DNA from: Terriglobia bacterium
GTDB lineage: Bacteria > Acidobacteriota > Terriglobia > Acidiferrales > UBA7541
DNA length: 64,000 nucleotides
Direction of reading: 5' to 3'
Assembly: GCA_963695545.1 (NCBI GenBank)
Contig: OY968796.1
Span: 3,328,001-3,392,000 of the forward strand
Part shown: positions 31,483 through 42,759 of the stretch, one piece after another
Layout: every line of letters begins with the position of its first letter
How positions within the stretch are numbered: position 1 is the first letter of the stretch
Notes under the pieces: model-generated
The model's database searches: none
What the model was told of the DNA's origin: nothing
Seen by the model: the letters and a program-made list of their open reading frames with translations, nothing else
Position numbers and translations under genes: made by a program

Positions 31483-33795
31483 ATGACACTCGCGCCGGGC
31501 ACAACGCTTGGAGCTTACGAGATCGTCGCGCACGTCGGCGCCGGCGGAATGGGCGACGTTTATCTCGCGCGCGACACAAAACTCGGCCGCAATGTTGCCA
31601 TCAAAGTTCTTCCGCCCGCATTCGTCGAGAATCCTGAGCGCCTCGCCCGTTTCCGCCGCGAAGCCCAAATCCTCGCTTCGCTGAATCATCCGAATATCGC
31701 CACCATCCATGGCCTCGAAGAATCCGCCAACGTGCCCGCTCTCGTCATGGAATATCTCGAAGGCCAAACGCTCGCGCGCTGTCTGGTCCACGGCGCGCTG
31801 CCGCCCGAGCGAGTCCTCGCACTGGGAATCGAAATTGCCGACGCCCTCGATGCGGCGCACGCCAAAGGAATCGTTCACCGCGACATCAAGCCTGCCAACA
31901 TTTTCATCACCGAGCGCGGTCACGCCAAAGTTCTCGATTTTGGTCTCGCAAAAATGGGACAGGATCCGGTTTCATCCGCTGCCCTGGAGACGATCTTCAC
32001 CAGCCCCGGAACCATCGTCGGCACCGTCGCTTACATGTCCCCCGAACAAACGCGCGGCGAGCCCGTCGATCGCCGCTCCGACATCTTCTCGCTGGGATCC
32101 GTGCTCTACGAAGCCGCCACCGGTCGCGCCCCCTTCGCCGGTCTCAGCGCCCTCGCCGTGATGCATGAGATCGCCGCGGCCACGCCTCCCGCTCCGAGCG
32201 CCCTCCGCCCCGGACTTCCCGCCGAGCTGGATCGCGTGATCCTAGCCTGCTTACAGAAGGATCCGGCGAAGCGCCCGGCGAACGCATCCGACGTCGCCGA
32301 ATCCCTCAAATCGTCCAAGCTTCCCGCGCCGACTGTCGGTTCTCCGATTCGCGAGGTCCGCCGCTCCGTCGCAGTTGTGCCTTTCCAATTCCGCGCAGCC
32401 GCACCGGAGGAGCGCTTCCTCTCCGTGGCTCTCGCCGACGCCGTCGCCAATCGCCTCGGCTCCGCTCCCACTCTCGTCGTTCGCCCCACCACCAGCGTCG
32501 TGAAATATGCCGAGAGGGAAGCAGAGTGGACACAAATTGCGCGTGAACTCAACGTCGACCTGGTGGCCGAAGGCAGCATTCAAAAAATGGGTTCTCGCGT
32601 GCGGGTTATGATCCAGGTGTGGGAACTGCGCGACGCGCGCTCGCTCCATTCGACAAAAATCGATGGCGATATGAACGATCTCTTCACCCTGCAGGATCGC
32701 CTCGCGGATTCCGTTTTCGATGCCTTAACTCCGCGAGTCGCCGAAAAGCCGCCGCAGACCGCCGCCCCCGCCTCGCGGCATCCGCTTGCCTTTGAACTTT
32801 ACATGCGCGCAGTCGACCGCTCCGTGTGCTTCAACAAATTCGAGCTTATTTCCGCCATCGAGATGCTTGACCGTGCCGTTGATCTCGATCCCGATTTCGC
32901 GGATGCCTGGGGCATGCTCTCCATCATTTGCTGCCAAATGGGAGCGCATCTCGATCCCGATCCCAAATGGTTCGCTCGCTCCGAACAAGCCATCGCCAGG
33001 ACACTCGATCTCGATCCTGTCAACTGCAACGCCTTCTGCGCGCGGGGCATGGTCATCTGGTCGCCGTCCCGCGGATTTCAGTTCCGCCCCGGTCTCCGCG
33101 CGCTCAACGCCGCCATCACCATAAACCCGAGCCGCTTCAGCGCCCGCTCCTATCGCTCCGCGATTTTGTTTCATGGTGGGTTCCACGAAGCCGCCTACAG
33201 GGATATTGACGAGTCCATGCTGGCGAACCCTGGATTTGCGCTGAATTATGCGGGTCGCGCCTATACCACGGTTTATGACGGTGACTACGCCTTGGCGGAC
33301 GAACTCAATCAAAAGGCCCTGACCATGGAGCCTGCTTTAGTTCACGCGAACGTATTGTCCCCGCTGCCGTCGATCTATCTCGGGGAATTGGAAAAGGCGC
33401 GCGAGAAACTTCGCAAGGCTCGCCAGATGATCCCCGAAGAACCTCAGCTGGTCGCTGTGGAAGGGCTGATCCTGGCCCACGAAGGTGATTTCAAACGTGC
33501 CGAGCAGCTCGCCGACGAAGCCGTGGCCAACAAGAGAAGCATGACCCACACTCACCATACTTGGCATTGCGCCGCCGGCGTTTACGCCCTGTGTGCGAAG
33601 CCGGAGAAAGCCATGATCGAACTCAGGCGCTGCGCCGAGAATGGCCTGCCCAACCATCGCGCGTTCCTAAACGATCCGCATCTGCGCTCGCTCCACACGA
33701 ATCCGGATTTCGTAGCTCTCATGCGCGATCTCCGCCGCGACTATCAAGCCTTCCAGCAAGAATTCGCGCTCCCCGGCGCGATCTCCCCGGCGTAA
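31483..33795 (+). CDS. Hanks-type Ser/Thr protein kinase with TolB-N-like and TPR regions
   Basis: [35 protein letters not shown]; helical repeats. Confidence 0.93.
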   Translation: MTLAPGTTLGAYEIVAHVGAGGMGDVYLARDTKLGRNVAIKVLPPAFVENPERLARFRREAQILASLNHPNIATIHGLEESANVPALVMEYLEGQTLARCLVHGALPPERVLALGIEIADALDAAHAKGIVHRDIKPANIFITERGHAKVLDFGLAKMGQDPVSSAALETIFTSPGTIVGTVAYMSPEQTRGEPVDRRSDIFSLGSVLYEAATGRAPFAGLSALAVMHEIAAATPPAPSALRPGLPAELDRVILACLQKDPAKRPANASDVAESLKSSKLPAPTVGSPIREVRRSVAVVPFQFRAAAPEERFLSVALADAVANRLGSAPTLVVRPTTSVVKYAEREAEWTQIARELNVDLVAEGSIQKMGSRVRVMIQVWELRDARSLHSTKIDGDMNDLFTLQDRLADSVFDALTPRVAEKPPQTAAPASRHPLAFELYMRAVDRSVCFNKFELISAIEMLDRAVDLDPDFADAWGMLSIICCQMGAHLDPDPKWFARSEQAIARTLDLDPVNCNAFCARGMVIWSPSRGFQFRPGLRALNAAITINPSRFSARSYRSAILFHGGFHEAAYRDIDESMLANPGFALNYAGRAYTTVYDGDYALADELNQKALTMEPALVHANVLSPLPSIYLGELEKAREKLRKARQMIPEEPQLVAVEGLILAHEGDFKRAEQLADEAVANKRSMTHTHHTWHCAAGVYALCAKPEKAMIELRRCAENGLPNHRAFLNDPHLRSLHTNPDFVALMRDLRRDYQAFQQEFALPGAISPA

Positions 33796-33922
33796 ATTTG
33801 CGATCGTGCCCGGCGCGATTCGAGATTGACGCGAGCGCCCGCCGGACGTATGGTCTTGCGCGGAAATGCGTTGGGATCTCAAATTCCCAGCGGCGCATCT
33901 CGATGCAGCTTGGTTTCGATAC

Positions 33923-35269
33923 GTGAATAAGAGAACCTTCATCAAACGTTTGGCGGCAATCATCGCGAGTCCTGTCGTCTCGCGCCTGGCTGCCCGCGCA
34001 GCGGACGATAAATTGCAAAATTGGTCAGGCAATATCGACTACAGCACCGAGCAGTTGTACGCCGCCAGCTCACTCGAACAAGTCCAGGATTACGTTAAGA
34101 GTCAAACCAAACTGAAAGTCCTCGGCACGCGCCACTGCTTCAACACCATCGCTGATAGCAAATATGATTTCCTCTCCCTGAAACCGATGGATGAAGTTCT
34201 CGCGCTCGATCCCGTGGCGCGCACCGTCACCGTCGGCGCCGGCATCACCTACGGCAAACTTGCTCCGCTAATCGACGCCAAGGGTTTCGCGCTGCACAAT
34301 CTCGCTTCGCTGCCGCATATTTCCGTGGCCGGCGCCATCACCACGGCCACGCACGGCTCCGGAGAGAAAAACGGCAACCTGGCCACATCCGTCGCGGCGC
34401 TGCAGATCGTCACCGCGGCGGGCGATGTGCTCGAACTGTCGCGCGAAAAAGATGGAGATACATTCCGCGGCGCCGTCGTCGGCCTTGGCGCCCTCGGCGT
34501 GATCACGAGCATCACGCTCGATCTCGAGCCAACCTTCACCATGCGCCAGTACGTTTACGAGAACATGCCCTTCGACGAGATGAGGGACCATTTCGACGCC
34601 ATCGAGGCCAGCGCCTACAGCGTCAGTTTCTTCACCGATTGGCAAAATCATCGCTTCACCGAAGTTTGGCTAAAAACACGCGTGGATCAATCTCCCGCAT
34701 TTTCCGCGCCTCCGGAATTCTTTGGAGCCACGCTCGCCACCGAAAATCTCCATCCCATTCGCGGACTTTCGGCCGTGAATTGCACCGAGCAAATGGGCGT
34801 ACCCGGTCCGTGGTACGACCGCCTCCCGCATTTCCGCATGGGCTTCACGCCCAGCGCCGGCAATGAACTCCAGTCTGAATATTTCGTTCCTCGCCGCAAC
34901 GCCGTCGAAGCCATCCTCGCCGTTGAAAAACTCCGCGACCAAGTCAGCCCGCATCTCCTCATTTCCGAAATCCGTGCGATCGCCGCCGACGATTTGTGGA
35001 TCAGCACAGCCCACGATCGCGCCTCCGTCACGATCCACTTCACCTGGAAACCTGATTGGCCCGCCGTCAGCAAGGTGTTGCCCGTAATCGAAAGGGAATT
35101 GGCTCCGTTCAACGCTCGCCCACACTGGGGAAAACTCTTTACCGTCTCTCCCGCCGTTCTGAAATCCTCCTACGACAAAATGCCCGATTTCATCGCGCTC
35201 AGCAACAAACTCGATCCCCATCGCAAATTCCGCAACGATTTCCTGAACACAAATATTTTCAACACCTGA
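33923..35269 (+). CDS. FAD-dependent alditol/xylitol oxidase-like protein (FAD_binding_4 plus ALO), Tat-like signal
   Basis: GTRHCFN, LHNLASLPHISVAG, ELQSEY, RPHWGK; KRTFIK N-terminus. Confidence 0.88.
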   Translation: MNKRTFIKRLAAIIASPVVSRLAARAADDKLQNWSGNIDYSTEQLYAASSLEQVQDYVKSQTKLKVLGTRHCFNTIADSKYDFLSLKPMDEVLALDPVARTVTVGAGITYGKLAPLIDAKGFALHNLASLPHISVAGAITTATHGSGEKNGNLATSVAALQIVTAAGDVLELSREKDGDTFRGAVVGLGALGVITSITLDLEPTFTMRQYVYENMPFDEMRDHFDAIEASAYSVSFFTDWQNHRFTEVWLKTRVDQSPAFSAPPEFFGATLATENLHPIRGLSAVNCTEQMGVPGPWYDRLPHFRMGFTPSAGNELQSEYFVPRRNAVEAILAVEKLRDQVSPHLLISEIRAIAADDLWISTAHDRASVTIHFTWKPDWPAVSKVLPVIERELAPFNARPHWGKLFTVSPAVLKSSYDKMPDFIALSNKLDPHRKFRNDFLNTNIFNT

Positions 35270-35412
35270 TCCCGCCTTGAGCCAATTCCCGCAAGTGTCC
35301 CGAACAGCACAGACTCCCACCCTGACGTTCACTAGCATGGCGGCGAAAACGTTCGACGATTAGCTCGCGCTGTGCTCGACGGCGTCCTGAATGCGAGCGC
35401 TGGAGGAAAAAT

Positions 35413-35685
35413 ATGTTTCACTTAATCTGGTACATTCTCATCGGCCTGCTCTCCGGCGTTATCGCAAAATCGGTGATGCACGTACACCTCACGTTGTTCT
35501 GGACGATCACCGTCGGCATCATCGGTTCGCTCGTCGGCGGCGGCGTTATGCACATGTTTTTTGCCTCGAAAAACGAACGCTTTCATCCCGCCGGCCTCAT
35601 TTTTTCCACGCTCGTAGCGATCCTGCTTCTCTACCTCTGCTACAAGCTGAACATTCATCTCCCCCAGATCAGTCTTCCTAACTAG
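35413..35685 (+). CDS. GlsB/YeaQ/YmgE (transglycosylase-associated) membrane protein
   Basis: GGAGG RBS; three TMs with GIIGSLVGG. Confidence 0.8.
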   Translation: MFHLIWYILIGLLSGVIAKSVMHVHLTLFWTITVGIIGSLVGGGVMHMFFASKNERFHPAGLIFSTLVAILLLYLCYKLNIHLPQISLPN

Positions 35686-35908
35686 CTCTCCATACTTCCG
35701 CTTTGCCCTGCAAGCACATTCGCCAGTGTCCCCGCGCCGATCGTGTTGCGGCTCGGAAGCGGGTTGGTGTCATACGGCGTGAAGAAGTAAAGTCAGGCGA
35801 GACGGGTGTACTATGGTTCCGTTTTTACGTCCCACAGGGAAATTCCCGGAATAGTGCTTGGAACCCGGCGGGTTCGTCACTATAAGCCGGACACGAAAGG
35901 GCGCACGC

Positions 35909-36943
35909 ATGAGCAAAGAGCAGACCCATCGATGGCCATTCCTGTTTCCATTTCGCAGGCGTCACTGGCCGCGGCCTCATGTGCTGCAAACTATGCTCGC
36001 GGTCGCCGTGTTCAATGACCAGATGCCCGATTCTTCCTACGTGCAGGGAATCAACCTTCCAGGTATTTCCGCGGGGCCGATCCTCGCATCGATACCAGCG
36101 CTCAGCGTGACTGGCATGACGCCGGGAGGATCCACCACCAACCCGTTCTATCTGCAAGGCACCTGGGAACTGCTCAACGGAGGCACCGTGCTGCAGCCCA
36201 CGGCGGCTAAAGCAAGTCCGTCCGGGGCTTTCACACCAATGTACTGGCTGAACTCAATCACTTACTACGGCGGGAATTTGTATGTGATCGGCAGCAACGG
36301 CTCGGAGTTCGGAGTCCTGCGATTCGATGCCACCACCGGCAATCCGAACGGCTCCGGCAGCAACCCCGCGACCGATCCGCTTTACTTGGCCCTGGATTTG
36401 TTAGTCGAAAACTCGGGTATGAGCGTGGTCACTTTTCAGGGACAAGCGGCTCTCGCGATTCCGCTGGCCTCAGGCATCGCCGCCTGCATCATTAGCGGCA
36501 CCGGAGTCCCGGCGCTTCTGGGGCCCGTTCCTTACAGTTCGTTCCAGGTTTCCGTCCCGTCGGGATATCTTGCGCTGACCGCTCCGTGCCAATCCCCATC
36601 TAATCTCTATTTCCTCTATTTCGATGGGTTCAATCCCCCCGGCGGCGCCGGACTAGGTTCGGTCAGCGTGGCCGAAGTAGAAAATGCAATTCTGCTCGGG
36701 TCTACGAACATAACCGTTAATCAGATTACGCCTTTGGGATCGCTTCCGCTCACCTGCGCCTGGTGCGTCACTCAAATCAATCAACAAGATGTGGTTTACG
36801 TCGCAATTCCAAGCTGGATCAACCAGACGATTCCACAGTGGTCGATTGACATGATCAACCCGACTACCGGTGTGACCTCGCCGATCGCCCTAAACCTGCC
36901 GGGGTACCCGTGGGGAATGTGCGTTGTGACAGTGTCGGTATGA
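35909..36943 (+). CDS. Hypothetical beta-rich protein
   Basis: 344-aa ORF rich in G/S/P/T/N; no family recognised; start uncertain. Confidence 0.6.
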   Translation: MSKEQTHRWPFLFPFRRRHWPRPHVLQTMLAVAVFNDQMPDSSYVQGINLPGISAGPILASIPALSVTGMTPGGSTTNPFYLQGTWELLNGGTVLQPTAAKASPSGAFTPMYWLNSITYYGGNLYVIGSNGSEFGVLRFDATTGNPNGSGSNPATDPLYLALDLLVENSGMSVVTFQGQAALAIPLASGIAACIISGTGVPALLGPVPYSSFQVSVPSGYLALTAPCQSPSNLYFLYFDGFNPPGGAGLGSVSVAEVENAILLGSTNITVNQITPLGSLPLTCAWCVTQINQQDVVYVAIPSWINQTIPQWSIDMINPTTGVTSPIALNLPGYPWGMCVVTVSV

Positions 36944-37038
36944 AGTCTGCGCGGCGGCGCGGTCGCTAATCCGCGCCTCTCCCGGCGCAATTCACCAGCC
37001 CGAGTTTTTGCACCCTGGTGAATGAGAAGGATTGATGT

Positions 37039-37599
37039 TCACGCAGCACGAATCGGCGCCGGCGGCACCACGACCTCAACAAGTCCGGTCGCCACGTCGT
37101 ACACCAGGCCTGATATGAGCCACGCGCCCGGCAGTCCCGGAATCGCCCGTAGCGCGGCAACGTCCACGGCCACCGCCGCGCGGGGATCGCTGACCGCTTT
37201 GTTCTTCAGTTCGCCTTCTTGTACTTGAAAATAGTGCGTCAGCATCGCGGGGTCGCCGGCCAGCCGAGTCATGCCGCAATCGGTATGCTGCAGCACGATC
37301 ACGTGAAACTCCCCGCCGCCTCCCGGAATCTCTCCGGCAACCTCGCCGATTCGCCCGAGTAGACCCAACTGCTCCAACAACCCCGGCGTGATTCGCCCCC
37401 CGATGTCGCGCAGCACCACGGCCTCGCCAGGTTTAATTCCAAGGACGTGAGCCGGATCCGTACGCATATCCGCGCAAGCGACGATCAACGCCTTTACCTT
37501 GGGCATCGCCCGCGGAAGCGAGGGCATCAGTGCGCCCGCAGCGGACTGCTGAGCAGCAAATTCCTTATTACGTTCTAACCAGCGGTCGAGATTGTTCAT
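37039..37599 (-). CDS. Beta-class carbonic anhydrase
   Basis: CADMR and HTDCG zinc-binding motifs, GLVYDVATG. Confidence 0.88.
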   Translation of the reverse strand: MNNLDRWLERNKEFAAQQSAAGALMPSLPRAMPKVKALIVACADMRTDPAHVLGIKPGEAVVLRDIGGRITPGLLEQLGLLGRIGEVAGEIPGGGGEFHVIVLQHTDCGMTRLAGDPAMLTHYFQVQEGELKNKAVSDPRAAVAVDVAALRAIPGLPGAWLISGLVYDVATGLVEVVVPPAPIRAA

Positions 37600-37732
37600 G
37601 CCGATTCTCCGTGAGATTTGTTCTAACATCACTATTGTAGAGCACGGCAGGTCTCAATAGAAATTCAATCGAGGCTCACTCAAGTTCAAGTCCCAATTCG
37701 TCGGATTACCGGCTCGCGCCGCGTCCTTCGCT

Positions 37733-38203
37733 TCATCGCCGATCGGCCACAGTCGATTGCTCCTCCAGTGAGTTCGAGCTTGCATCGGCGATCTGCTCGA
37801 CCGTGCTCGATATTGCGCGAATCGGAGCGCACACGTGTACGGTCTCGCCCGCATCGTCCACGTCCACAACAATCGACCCGCCCGACTTCGCAACCTCCAC
37901 GTGTTCACCGCGTTCTTTCACCTCAACCAATACGACGTCGCTTGAATCGCGCAAACCGTCGAGCGCCGCGCGAATCGCCGGCATGTTCGGCTGGATTTGC
38001 CTGGCCGCGCCCGCGAGATCGCGCCGCGGCACTAGGTACACGGCAATCGGAACCAGCATCGCTGGCGCGATCACGTGGATGTGAACGCCCTGCGGCTTCT
38101 TCTCGACCACCTTCACGTTCACCACACCTTCGCTGCATAGCACGCCCACGCCTGCCAGTCCCACCCCGGCCACTCCCAGCGCAATTTTTGCCAGCAGTAT
38201 CAT
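37733..38203 (-). CDS. Hypothetical exported protein
   Basis: Hydrophobic N-terminus; shares a V.VAKS.G.I.V.V.D motif with the adjacent gene. Confidence 0.7.
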   Translation of the reverse strand: MILLAKIALGVAGVGLAGVGVLCSEGVVNVKVVEKKPQGVHIHVIAPAMLVPIAVYLVPRRDLAGAARQIQPNMPAIRAALDGLRDSSDVVLVEVKERGEHVEVAKSGGSIVVDVDDAGETVHVCAPIRAISSTVEQIADASSNSLEEQSTVADRR

Positions 38204-38263
38204 CGTCTCGCTCCGAACCCCCGGTTTTGTCCCGCTCCGGAACCTCTGCCTCTCGCGATAGCC

Positions 38264-38848
38264 TCAGTCCTGCGTATTCCGCGAATCCACCCAAACGCGG
38301 ACCTTTTGGCCCGAGCTCTGCACGGTAACCAACACCACGTCCCCCGCGTCACCCAACGCGCGCAGCGCGGCCGCAATGTCCAATTCGTCGCTCTGCGCGG
38401 TGGAAAACAGCGCGTCGGCGACTTTCAGAGGAACCGTCACGTCTACCGTTTGCTCCTTGTTCGTCTTGTCGATCACATGCACGATGATATTTCCGTTCGA
38501 CTTCGCCACGCGCACATCCGAATCCTTGTTCTTCACTGTGACGAACTCGTTGTCCGGTGCGGTCCGCACCGCATCCAGCAGCGCCCGAACGTCCACGCCG
38601 TTCATTTCCGCGTTGTGAATCGAGATCTTGCCATCGTGCAGGTCGTGATTGTTGATCGCCGGCAAAATCTTCTCGGCCATCGAAAGCGGCACGTTCACAT
38701 TGACAGTCCCGTCATTCGTCGGATCCTCGACGTTCACGTGCAAGTACTCCTCCGCAGGCGCCGCCATTGCAGAGCCCGCCAGGACCATCAGTCCCGCCGC
38801 GAGCACACACAGCACTGCCGCGATTCGCGTTCGCATGGCTTGTCTCAT
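38264..38848 (-). CDS. Hypothetical exported protein
   Basis: GGAGG RBS, signal peptide, internally repeated V.V.VPL motif. Confidence 0.75.
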   Translation of the reverse strand: MRQAMRTRIAAVLCVLAAGLMVLAGSAMAAPAEEYLHVNVEDPTNDGTVNVNVPLSMAEKILPAINNHDLHDGKISIHNAEMNGVDVRALLDAVRTAPDNEFVTVKNKDSDVRVAKSNGNIIVHVIDKTNKEQTVDVTVPLKVADALFSTAQSDELDIAAALRALGDAGDVVLVTVQSSGQKVRVWVDSRNTQD

Positions 38849-39258
38849 TTTGTGTGGGCCTCCTCAGCCCTTCTTGCAATGCAGTACGGAGCGAGCCCTG
38901 CAAATGTTCCTCGGAATCGAAGCGCCATGTCTGGTCTTCTCAGAAACCCGCTGCGCCGAGCCGCACGAGCGATGGGCAGTGGTGGGTTAGAAAAACGAGA
39001 TCGTTGTCGCCGCGCGATCGACGGCTATCGAGGCTAACTCCTGCTTAGTCGGATTACCGGACACGTGCGTCAATCCGACGACGCATCAGCCCCGCAATGT
39101 CGGCAGACGTTAGCCCAGCGCGCCTGTCCGCCGTCGCGGGTAAGCCCTGGATACACGCACCCAAGATGGTTTCTTTGCAATTGCTTTGTTCGCGCCCCGC
39201 AGCGTCGAGACTGCGGCCACCACCGACGCGCCACGCCGCGCAATCGACCGCACACCGC

Positions 39259-39370
39259 AAAACCAGCCCCGTAGGGGCGGCAGAGCTTAGCCCAGGGCGT
39301 AAGCCCTGGGCATGCAAAACAAAAATACCTTTCTCTCAGTTGTTTTGTCTGAGCCCCGTAGGGGCGACAC
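39259..39370. repeat. Composite REP-like element (GCCCCGTAGGGGC family), copy 1
   Basis: AGCCCCGTAGGGGCGGCAGAGCTTAGCCCAGGGCGTAAGCCCTGGG, ~40 nt AT-rich, AGCCCCGTAGGGGCGACAC; three more copies at 61-62 kb and a decayed partial near 39088-39150. Confidence 0.9.
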
Positions 39371-39843
39371 AGGTTCTAACGAGATTATTATCCCACCTCC
39401 GACGGCCCGGACATGTCGGCGGTGGTCTAGTTTCCGGTTAGCGCGTCAATCGGCGCTTGGCCAAAACTGCGCGGACGAGCGCGCTGAAAAACCGGGCCCT
39501 GACAATCCAAATTCGTGGGAAGCACTATACATTTGGCCTACGAATGTTGATCGGAATGTCAACTCTGAGTGAGGTCCGAATCTCGTCGTGAATGGGAATG
39601 TCTAAGCTTTCCGCAATCCCTGGCGTCGGAGATCCATGCCACGTTTTATTCGTCCCGATCAGATTCCAGGCGCCGCAGCGATTGGAATCCGATCATGCCC
39701 ATCGTTTTGCTATAAGCTTTCAAGGCGGCATATGCCAAAAGCGCGCGATTGTTCCCGATCACTTGATTGAAATATGCCTTGGCCCGCTCGCGCGCGAAGG
39801 GCGTCAGCTGAGCGATGCAAGCGGCGCGCAAACTCTGCCCAAA

Positions 39844-40617
39844 TCAAAAAGACTTTAAATCAGCCACCATCCAGGCAGCCCCTGTAATAAGAAAAGTCAG
39901 GGCGCATTCGGACCAGTTGAAATGCGTCTCTGGGTGAGCGATCACCAGCGGAACCCAAACCAACACGCCAAAGAGCCCCAACATCAGCGTCATCAGGCGC
40001 ATTGCAAGCCGCGCCTGCCAATTGATGAGAATGGCGATGGCCGCGATTGCAAACGCGATCGTCGTGAGCGTCGCCCAAAACATCTGGTTCGGCGGAATCC
40101 ACTTTGGAACCAGGCTCGCTGTCTCATGAGGTAAAAGCGCCTGACCAAGCGTAAAGGAAATCGCGCAGACTCCCAGTCCAAGGCGCGCCAGTCGACCGAA
40201 CACTGTCGCCCGGGCCGCGTTCGCCTCCGTCGCAGCGTACATGGCAATCGCGCCGCAGAACATGGAAAAGAACAGGAAGAAGCTCCCCCCGTAGCGATCA
40301 TAGATATTCGATGCGGCAATGATGTCAGGTACGCAGGCCAGCGAGAAACACAAATAGATAACGCACAGTACCACCGAAGCCAGGCGCGCGGTCCGCGGGA
40401 ACAACATCCCAATGCCACCGGCAATCAGAACGGCCATGAGACATTTGCCGATCAGCGCGCCAAAAGGCAGGCTCAAGATGTGCTGCAGGTTTTGCCAGGC
40501 GCCAGAGTCGTGCCACATCACTCCGATGACGCCGAACAGCACCGCCGACGCACCAAACGCAATGCGCCCATACAGCGTCTCAGGGATCTTCACGCGAACA
40601 TAATGCTCAATCCGCAT
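39844..40617 (-). CDS. DoxX-like polytopic membrane protein
   Basis: About eight TMs; SLVPKWIPP..FW motif; start uncertain. Confidence 0.7.
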   Translation of the reverse strand: MRIEHYVRVKIPETLYGRIAFGASAVLFGVIGVMWHDSGAWQNLQHILSLPFGALIGKCLMAVLIAGGIGMLFPRTARLASVVLCVIYLCFSLACVPDIIAASNIYDRYGGSFFLFFSMFCGAIAMYAATEANAARATVFGRLARLGLGVCAISFTLGQALLPHETASLVPKWIPPNQMFWATLTTIAFAIAAIAILINWQARLAMRLMTLMLGLFGVLVWVPLVIAHPETHFNWSECALTFLITGAAWMVADLKSF

Positions 40618-40996
40618 GCTGCGACGCAAGATCGGATTGTTCTCGCATGAAGGCTAGCCCGAAGCTCTGCCAAGTCGGAAGGCTCCCTGTGGGAAGTTGC
40701 GACCGCTCAGTCCACTTGCCAGTGTAGTTAGATAATCGGACAAGTAGCTTTGCGGGATTCCACTTCTCCGGCAAGCGCGTTATACGTCCAGGTGAGATGT
40801 CTCGGTTGCGCAGCGACGCGAGTTGAGTTCGGGTTGGGCACTGCGGGAACAATCGTCCAGCACAAACCCAAGCTCTTACGATCTTGGCAGGCGACACGAA
40901 AACACGCGACGTCGGGATGCAACCATCTCAGTGACCTGACCGGGGTTTTTTGTACCAGCGGGAGTGAGAGAGAATTCACTCTGGAGGGAAGCTGGT

Positions 40997-41275
40997 ATGC
41001 CGATGAGGAGATACAAGCCGGAGCAGATCGTCACGCTGCTGCGGCAAGTTGAAGTTGAAATCGCCAACGGAAAGAGCACCCCACAAGCCTGCAAGGAAGC
41101 CGAGATCACCGCGCAGACCTACTACCGCTGGCGGAAGGAATACGGCGGCCTGAAGTTGGATCAAGCGAAACGCCTCAAAGAGTTGGAGCGGGAAAACGCC
41201 AAGCTGAAACGGTTGGTGGCGGAGCTTTCGTTGGAGAAGCAAATTCTGAAGGATGTGGCAGAGGGAAACTTCTAA
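40997..41275 (+). CDS. IS3 transposase OrfA (HTH plus leucine zipper)
   Basis: TYYRWRKEYGGL, LKELERENAKLKRLVAEL; ends at GGGAAAC TTC TAA, a -1 frameshift-type site. Confidence 0.92.
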   Translation: MPMRRYKPEQIVTLLRQVEVEIANGKSTPQACKEAEITAQTYYRWRKEYGGLKLDQAKRLKELERENAKLKRLVAELSLEKQILKDVAEGNF

Positions 41276-41298
41276 GCCCTGAGCGGCGACGTAGCGCG

Positions 41299-42141
41299 GT
41301 GGAGCATGCACGCGAGAGCTACCAAGTATCAGAGCGGCATGCCTGCCGGTTGCTGGGGCAGTGGAGAGGGACACAACGCTACGAGGTGATCCACCGAACG
41401 GATGAAGACGCGCTGACGCGAGACATCGTGGCGCTGGCCAGCGAGTACGGGCGCTTCGGCTATCGGAGGATCACGGCGCTGTTGCAAGCACGGGGCTGGT
41501 ATGTGGGCAAGGATCGGGTGCAGCGGATCTGGCGGCGCGAAGGGCTGAAAGTGCCGCAGGGACAAAGGCCGCGAGGAAGGCTGTGGTTGAACGACGGATC
41601 GTGTGTTCGTCTCCGGCCGGAACGAGCCAACCATGTGTGGAGCTACGATTTCGTGAGCGCGATGACCCACGACGGCCGAACACTGCGAATGCTGACGCTG
41701 ATCGACGAATACACGCGGGAGTGCCTGGCGATCCGCGTGGCGAGAAGGCTGGGGAGATACGAAGTGATCGAAGCGCTGGCGGACGTGATGCTTTACCGGG
41801 GAATTCCGGAACATATTCGCTCGGACAACGGCCCGGAGTTCGTGGCCAAGGAGCTGAGGAGTTGGCTGGCGAAGGTGGGAACGGGGACGCTGTACATCGA
41901 ACCGGGAAGCCCTTGGGAGAATGGCTACTGCGAAAGCTTCAACGGGAAATTGCGCGATGAATGTTTGAACGGAGAGATTTTTTACTCGCTGAAGGAAGCG
42001 CAGATCGTGATCGAGAAATGGCGGATGGTGTACAACACGCTGCGTCCGCACTCAGCGCTGGGCTACAGGCCACCGGCGCCGGTGGCCTGTAGCCCCTTGG
42101 TGCCGCCAATTCTCGGTTCGCCGTCGACGGCTGTGATGTAG
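41299..42141 (+). CDS. IS3 transposase OrfB (DDE/rve)
   Basis: WSYDF, SDNGPEF, PWENGYCESFNG, RPHSALGY. Confidence 0.93.
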   Translation: MEHARESYQVSERHACRLLGQWRGTQRYEVIHRTDEDALTRDIVALASEYGRFGYRRITALLQARGWYVGKDRVQRIWRREGLKVPQGQRPRGRLWLNDGSCVRLRPERANHVWSYDFVSAMTHDGRTLRMLTLIDEYTRECLAIRVARRLGRYEVIEALADVMLYRGIPEHIRSDNGPEFVAKELRSWLAKVGTGTLYIEPGSPWENGYCESFNGKLRDECLNGEIFYSLKEAQIVIEKWRMVYNTLRPHSALGYRPPAPVACSPLVPPILGSPSTAVM

Positions 42142-42759
42142 ACTCTCTCATTCACCGTGGTACAAAAACTCGGGCTGGTCAATTGTCAAAATGTCGCGGC
42201 CTTATTTGCAGTTCACGACCGCTGATTAATCGCTCGACGCTCAAGTCCCGATAAGTCGGAGTACCCGACAGGTGCGCCAAAAAAATCGCGCCCTCTCACA
42301 TCGCACTTGCCCACGCCGAGCATCTCTGCTATACTTTTTTGTGTTCTCGCAAATCAATTCGAATTCTTCCGCCCCGCGCCCTTCGGCAGTGTATAGCTTC
42401 GCATCCCCTCGATTCTCCAGCCGGTATGAGATGCACGCTCGTTCACATGAAAGTGCCTCTGCAAACCATTTATTCTCAGTCGATTACAAAAGAGTGCGCA
42501 ACTCATTCAAACAAAACACTTTTAGTGCCCTTACTTTTCACACTCATCCGCACTCTTTCTCTGAAAGTCCTGTGTTTTCAGCATTTTATGATTTTGGTAC
42601 GGGGGGTATATATACCCGTCTAATTCGCACGGCAGCCGCCGGAGCCAGCACGAATCCCAAGTCCCGTGAAATCATCAAGTTGTCCAATCGCACGCGCTTT
42701 CGCCCCAAATCGGCGCCGCATTGCAAACTCGACCCGTCAACCGTATTCTTGAGGCCCCG

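Larger units (their letters stand above)
40932..42181 (+). mobile_element. IS3-family insertion sequence
   Basis: Imperfect terminal IRs TGACCTGACCGGGGTTTTTTGTACCA and TGGTACAAAAACTCGGGCTGGTCA (TG...CA ends), orfA/orfB, 1250 bp. Confidence 0.95.

Noticed and set aside
39421..39840. Lower-GC stretch with short ORFs (39592-39858, 39646-39831)
   Set aside because: No recognisable motif or RBS; may be a gene remnant but cannot be supported.
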